Assembly (NCBI RefSeq): GCF_020745735.1 | Contig: NC_083407.1 | Coordinates: 89,147,857-89,211,856, forward strand | DNA from: Hemiscyllium ocellatum | Lineage: Eukaryota | Reading direction: 5' to 3' | DNA length: 64,000 nucleotides | In this document: piece by piece, positions 60,935-64,000 of the stretch | Layout: each line of letters starts with the position of its first letter | Position numbering within the stretch: position 1 is the stretch's first letter | Notes under the pieces: model-generated | Databases searched by the model: none | Told to the model about the DNA's origin: nothing | The model's input: only the letters and a program-made list of their open reading frames with translations | Program-made: the position numbers and the translations under genes

Positions 60935-61885
60935 AGATGCCCAAAGTTTTTCGTCATTTATATAAATGGTTTGAATGTGAACATATGAGATATGGTTTGT
61001 AAGTTTGCAGATGATACTGAAATTGGTGACATAGTGGACAGCGAAGAAGGTTCCCTCAGAGTACAATGATGATCTGATGGACAAATGGGCTGAGGAGTGG
61101 CAGATGAAGTTTAGATTAGACTTAGATTAGACTTACAGTGTGGAAACAGGCGCTTCGGCCCAACAAGTCCACACCGACCCACTGAAGCGCAACCCACCCA
61201 TACCCCTTACCTAATACTACGGTCAATTTAGCATGGCCAATTCACCTGACCTGCACATCTTTGGATTGTGGGAGGAAACTGGAGCACCCAGAGGAAACCC
61301 ACGCAGACACGGGGAGAACGTGCAAACTCCACACAGTCAGTCGCCTGAGTCGGGAATTGAACCCGGGTCTCAGGCGCTGTGAGGCAGCAGTGCTAACCAC
61401 TGTGCCACCGTGCCGCCCATTGCCACCGTGCCGCCCATTGCCACCGTGCCGCCCATTGCCACCGTGCCGCCCATAATTTAATTTAGATCAATGAGAGGTG
61501 GTGCATTTTGGAAAAGCAAATCAGGACAGGACTTATACACTTAATGGTAAGGTCCTGGGGAGTGCTGCCGAACAAAGAGACCTTGGAGTGCAGGTTCATA
61601 GTTTTTTAAAAATAGAGTTACAGGTAGACAGGGTAGTGAAGAAGGCATTTGTACACGGGCCTTTACTCTTCAGTGCATTGAGTATAGGCTTTGGAAGGTC
61701 ATGTTACAGCTGTACAGAACATTGGTCAGGCCACTATTGGAATACTGCATTCAATTCTGTGTGTCCCTGCTACAAGAATGATCTTGTGAAACTTGAAAGA
61801 GTTCAGAAAAGATTTACATGGTGTTGCCAGGGTTGGAGGCATTGAGCTTCAGCGAGAGGCTGAATAAACTGGAGCTGTTTTCAGC
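60935..61885 (+). mobile_element. CR1 RT 3' fragment with nested SINE
   Basis: KFADDTEIG and HFGKANQDRTYTLNGKVLGSAAEQRDLGVQVH. Confidence 0.88.
61112..61474 (-). mobile_element. HE1/V-SINE with its 5' 18 bp present in four tandem copies
   Basis: tgccaccgtgccgcccat x4 at 61403-61474; body and tail as in other copies. Confidence 0.92.
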
Positions 61886-61899
61886 AACTAGAAGAAAGG

Positions 61900-62730
61900 G
61901 AGGACTGCAGACCCACTGATTCCCACAACTGAAATGACTACACCTCCTCCCATCCACCTCCCACAAAAATGCAATCCCTGACTTCCAATTCCTCTGCCTT
62001 TGTCGTATCTGCTCCCAGGAGGTGCAATTCCACTCCAGGACATCCCAGGTGCCCTCCTATTTCAAGGACCACAATTTCCCCTCCCACTTTATCAACAATG
62101 CTCTCCAGCATATCTCCTCCACTTCCCATACCTCCACCTTCGAACCCTGCCTCTCCAACTGCAACAAGGATAGAACCCCCATTCCTCACCTTCAACCCCA
62201 CTAATCTCTAGATAAAGTGCATCATCCTCCATAATTTCTACCACCTACAGTCAGACCCCTACACTAGAGATGTGTTTCCCTCCATATCCCAATCTGTGTT
62301 CTGCAGAGACCATTCCCTTGTTAGGTCCACCCCCTCCCCCACCTACCCACTCTCCACTCCTGGAACCTTCCTCCGCCACCGTAAAAGGTGTAAAACCTGC
62401 ATCCACATCTCACCCTCAGCTCCGTCCGAGGCCCCAAAGGATCTTTTTATATCCAGCAGAGATTCACCTGCACATCCACCCATCTTATCTACTGCGTCTG
62501 TTGCTTTCAAAGTGGTGTCCCCTGCTTTGGGGAGACAAGACACCAATTCATGGAACAATTCAGAGAACATCTCTGGGATACAGGTACCAAACAACCCCAC
62601 CGCCCTGTGGCCGACCACTTCGACTTCCCCTCCCACTCAGCCAAGGGCATGCAATTCCTGTGCACCCTCCACCATCAAATGTAAGCCGCCTGACGAATGA
62701 GAGAAGAATGCCTCATCTTCCACTGAGGGA
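61900..62730 (+). mobile_element. Decayed Penelope-like RT-thumb / GIY-YIG region
   Basis: C-rich coding remnant with PGTFLRHRKRCKTCIHI and YFKDHNFPSHFINNAL; frameshifted. Confidence 0.65.
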
Positions 62731-64000
62731 CAGCATTACAGCTGTACTGAGAGACGGTATTCCCAGAAATACATCCAGGGAAGTTATTTGAGTTGAACTG
62801 AGAAATAAGAAAGGGATGATCACCTTACTGGAATTGTATTATAGATCCCATAATTGCCAGAAGGAAATTGAGAAACAAATTTGTAAGGATGTCTCAGTTA
62901 TCTGTAAGAAAAATAGAATGGTTATAGGAGGGGATTTTAGCTTTCCAAACATAGACTGGGGTTGCCATAGCGTTAAGGGTTTATGGAGTCATGGAGTCGT
63001 AAAGATGTACAGTATGGAAACAGACCCTTCAGTCCAACTCGTCCATGCCAACCGATATCCCTACCCAATCTAGTCCCACCTGCCAGCACCCAGCCCATAT
63101 TCCTCCAAACCCTTCCCATTCATATACCCATCCAGATGCCTTTCAAATATTGCAAATTGGACAAGAACTTGTGAAGTGGATACAGGAAAATGTTTTGATT
63201 CAATATGTGAATGTACCTACCAGAGAAGATGCAAAACCTTATTTCTTGGGAAATAAGATAGGGCAGATAACTGAGGTATCAGTGGGAGAGCATTTTGGGG
63301 CCAGCGCCCATAATTCTCTCAGTTTTAAAATAGTCTTGGAAAAGGATAGACCAGCTCTAAAAGTTGAAGTTCTAAATTGGAGGAAGGCTAATTTTGATGG
63401 CATTAAGCAAGAACTTTCAAAGGCTGATTGGGGGCAGATGTACACAGGTAAAGGCTGAAAAATAGGAAGCCTTTTGAAATGAGATAATGAGAATCCCAGA
63501 GAAAGTATATTCCTGTTAGGGTGAAAGAATAGGCTGATTGGTATAGGGAATGTTGGATAACTAAAGAAATTGAGGGTTTAGTTAAGAAAAAGAAGGAAAC
63601 ATATGTCAGGTATAAACAAGATAGATCGAATGAATCCTTAGAAGAATATAAAGGCAGTAGGAACAAGCTTAAGAAAGAAATTATGAGGGCAAAAAAGGGG
63701 ACATGGGATAGCTTTGTCAAATAGAGTTAAGGAGAATCCAAAGGGTTCTTACAAATACATTAAGGACCAAAGGGTAACTAGGGAGAGAAGAGGGCCCCTC
63801 AAAGATCAGCAAGGCGGCCTTTGTGTTGAACTGCAGGAGATGGGGGCAATACTAAAAGAGTATTTTACGTCAATGTTCACTGTGGAAAAGGACATATAAG
63901 ATATAGAATGTAAGAAAATAGATGGTGACATCTTGAAAAATGTCCTTATTACAATGGAGGAAGTGCTGGATGTCTTGAAACAAACAAAAGTGGATAAATC
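62730..64000 (+). mobile_element. CR1 ORF2 endonuclease/linker region running off the window, with an inverted CR1 tail at about 62985-63155
   Basis: ITLLELYYRSHN...VIGGDFSFPNIDW, QYVNVPTRE, EHFGASAHN, LNWRKANFDGI; matches the reverse complement of 31990-32520. Confidence 0.9.

Overview
AT-rich, repeat-dense eukaryotic DNA, inferred to be from a shark. The evidence is HE1/V-SINE copies, CR1 LINEs, and crystallins that resemble, from memory, the Chiloscyllium 'gamma-S1' type. The window holds a tandem gamma-crystallin cluster on the minus strand. Five genes are intact, each with 3 exons (9 + 243 + 276 bp, 175 aa): 4040-6005, 13348-14974, 25639-27478, 35135-36460 and 58742-60068. A sixth copy (42840-43835) is truncated by a Penelope-like element, and a seventh survives as an inverted relic (55322-55640). 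Four of the five intact genes have a GC-AG first intron. Exons are nearly identical between copies while introns are mostly unalignable. The intergenic DNA is a nest of CR1 LINEs, Penelope-like elements with minimal hammerhead ribozyme motifs, HE1 SINEs, decayed Gypsy elements, solo LTRs, a young L1/Tx1 3' fragment and a Harbinger relic. The most unusual structure is a two-LTR element (46186-51114) with a tRNA-Ser PBS and a 4-bp TSD. Its 5' leader carries a tandem array of tRNA T-arm / B-box-like hairpins with compensatory stem changes. All calls were made by eye; no database searches were run.
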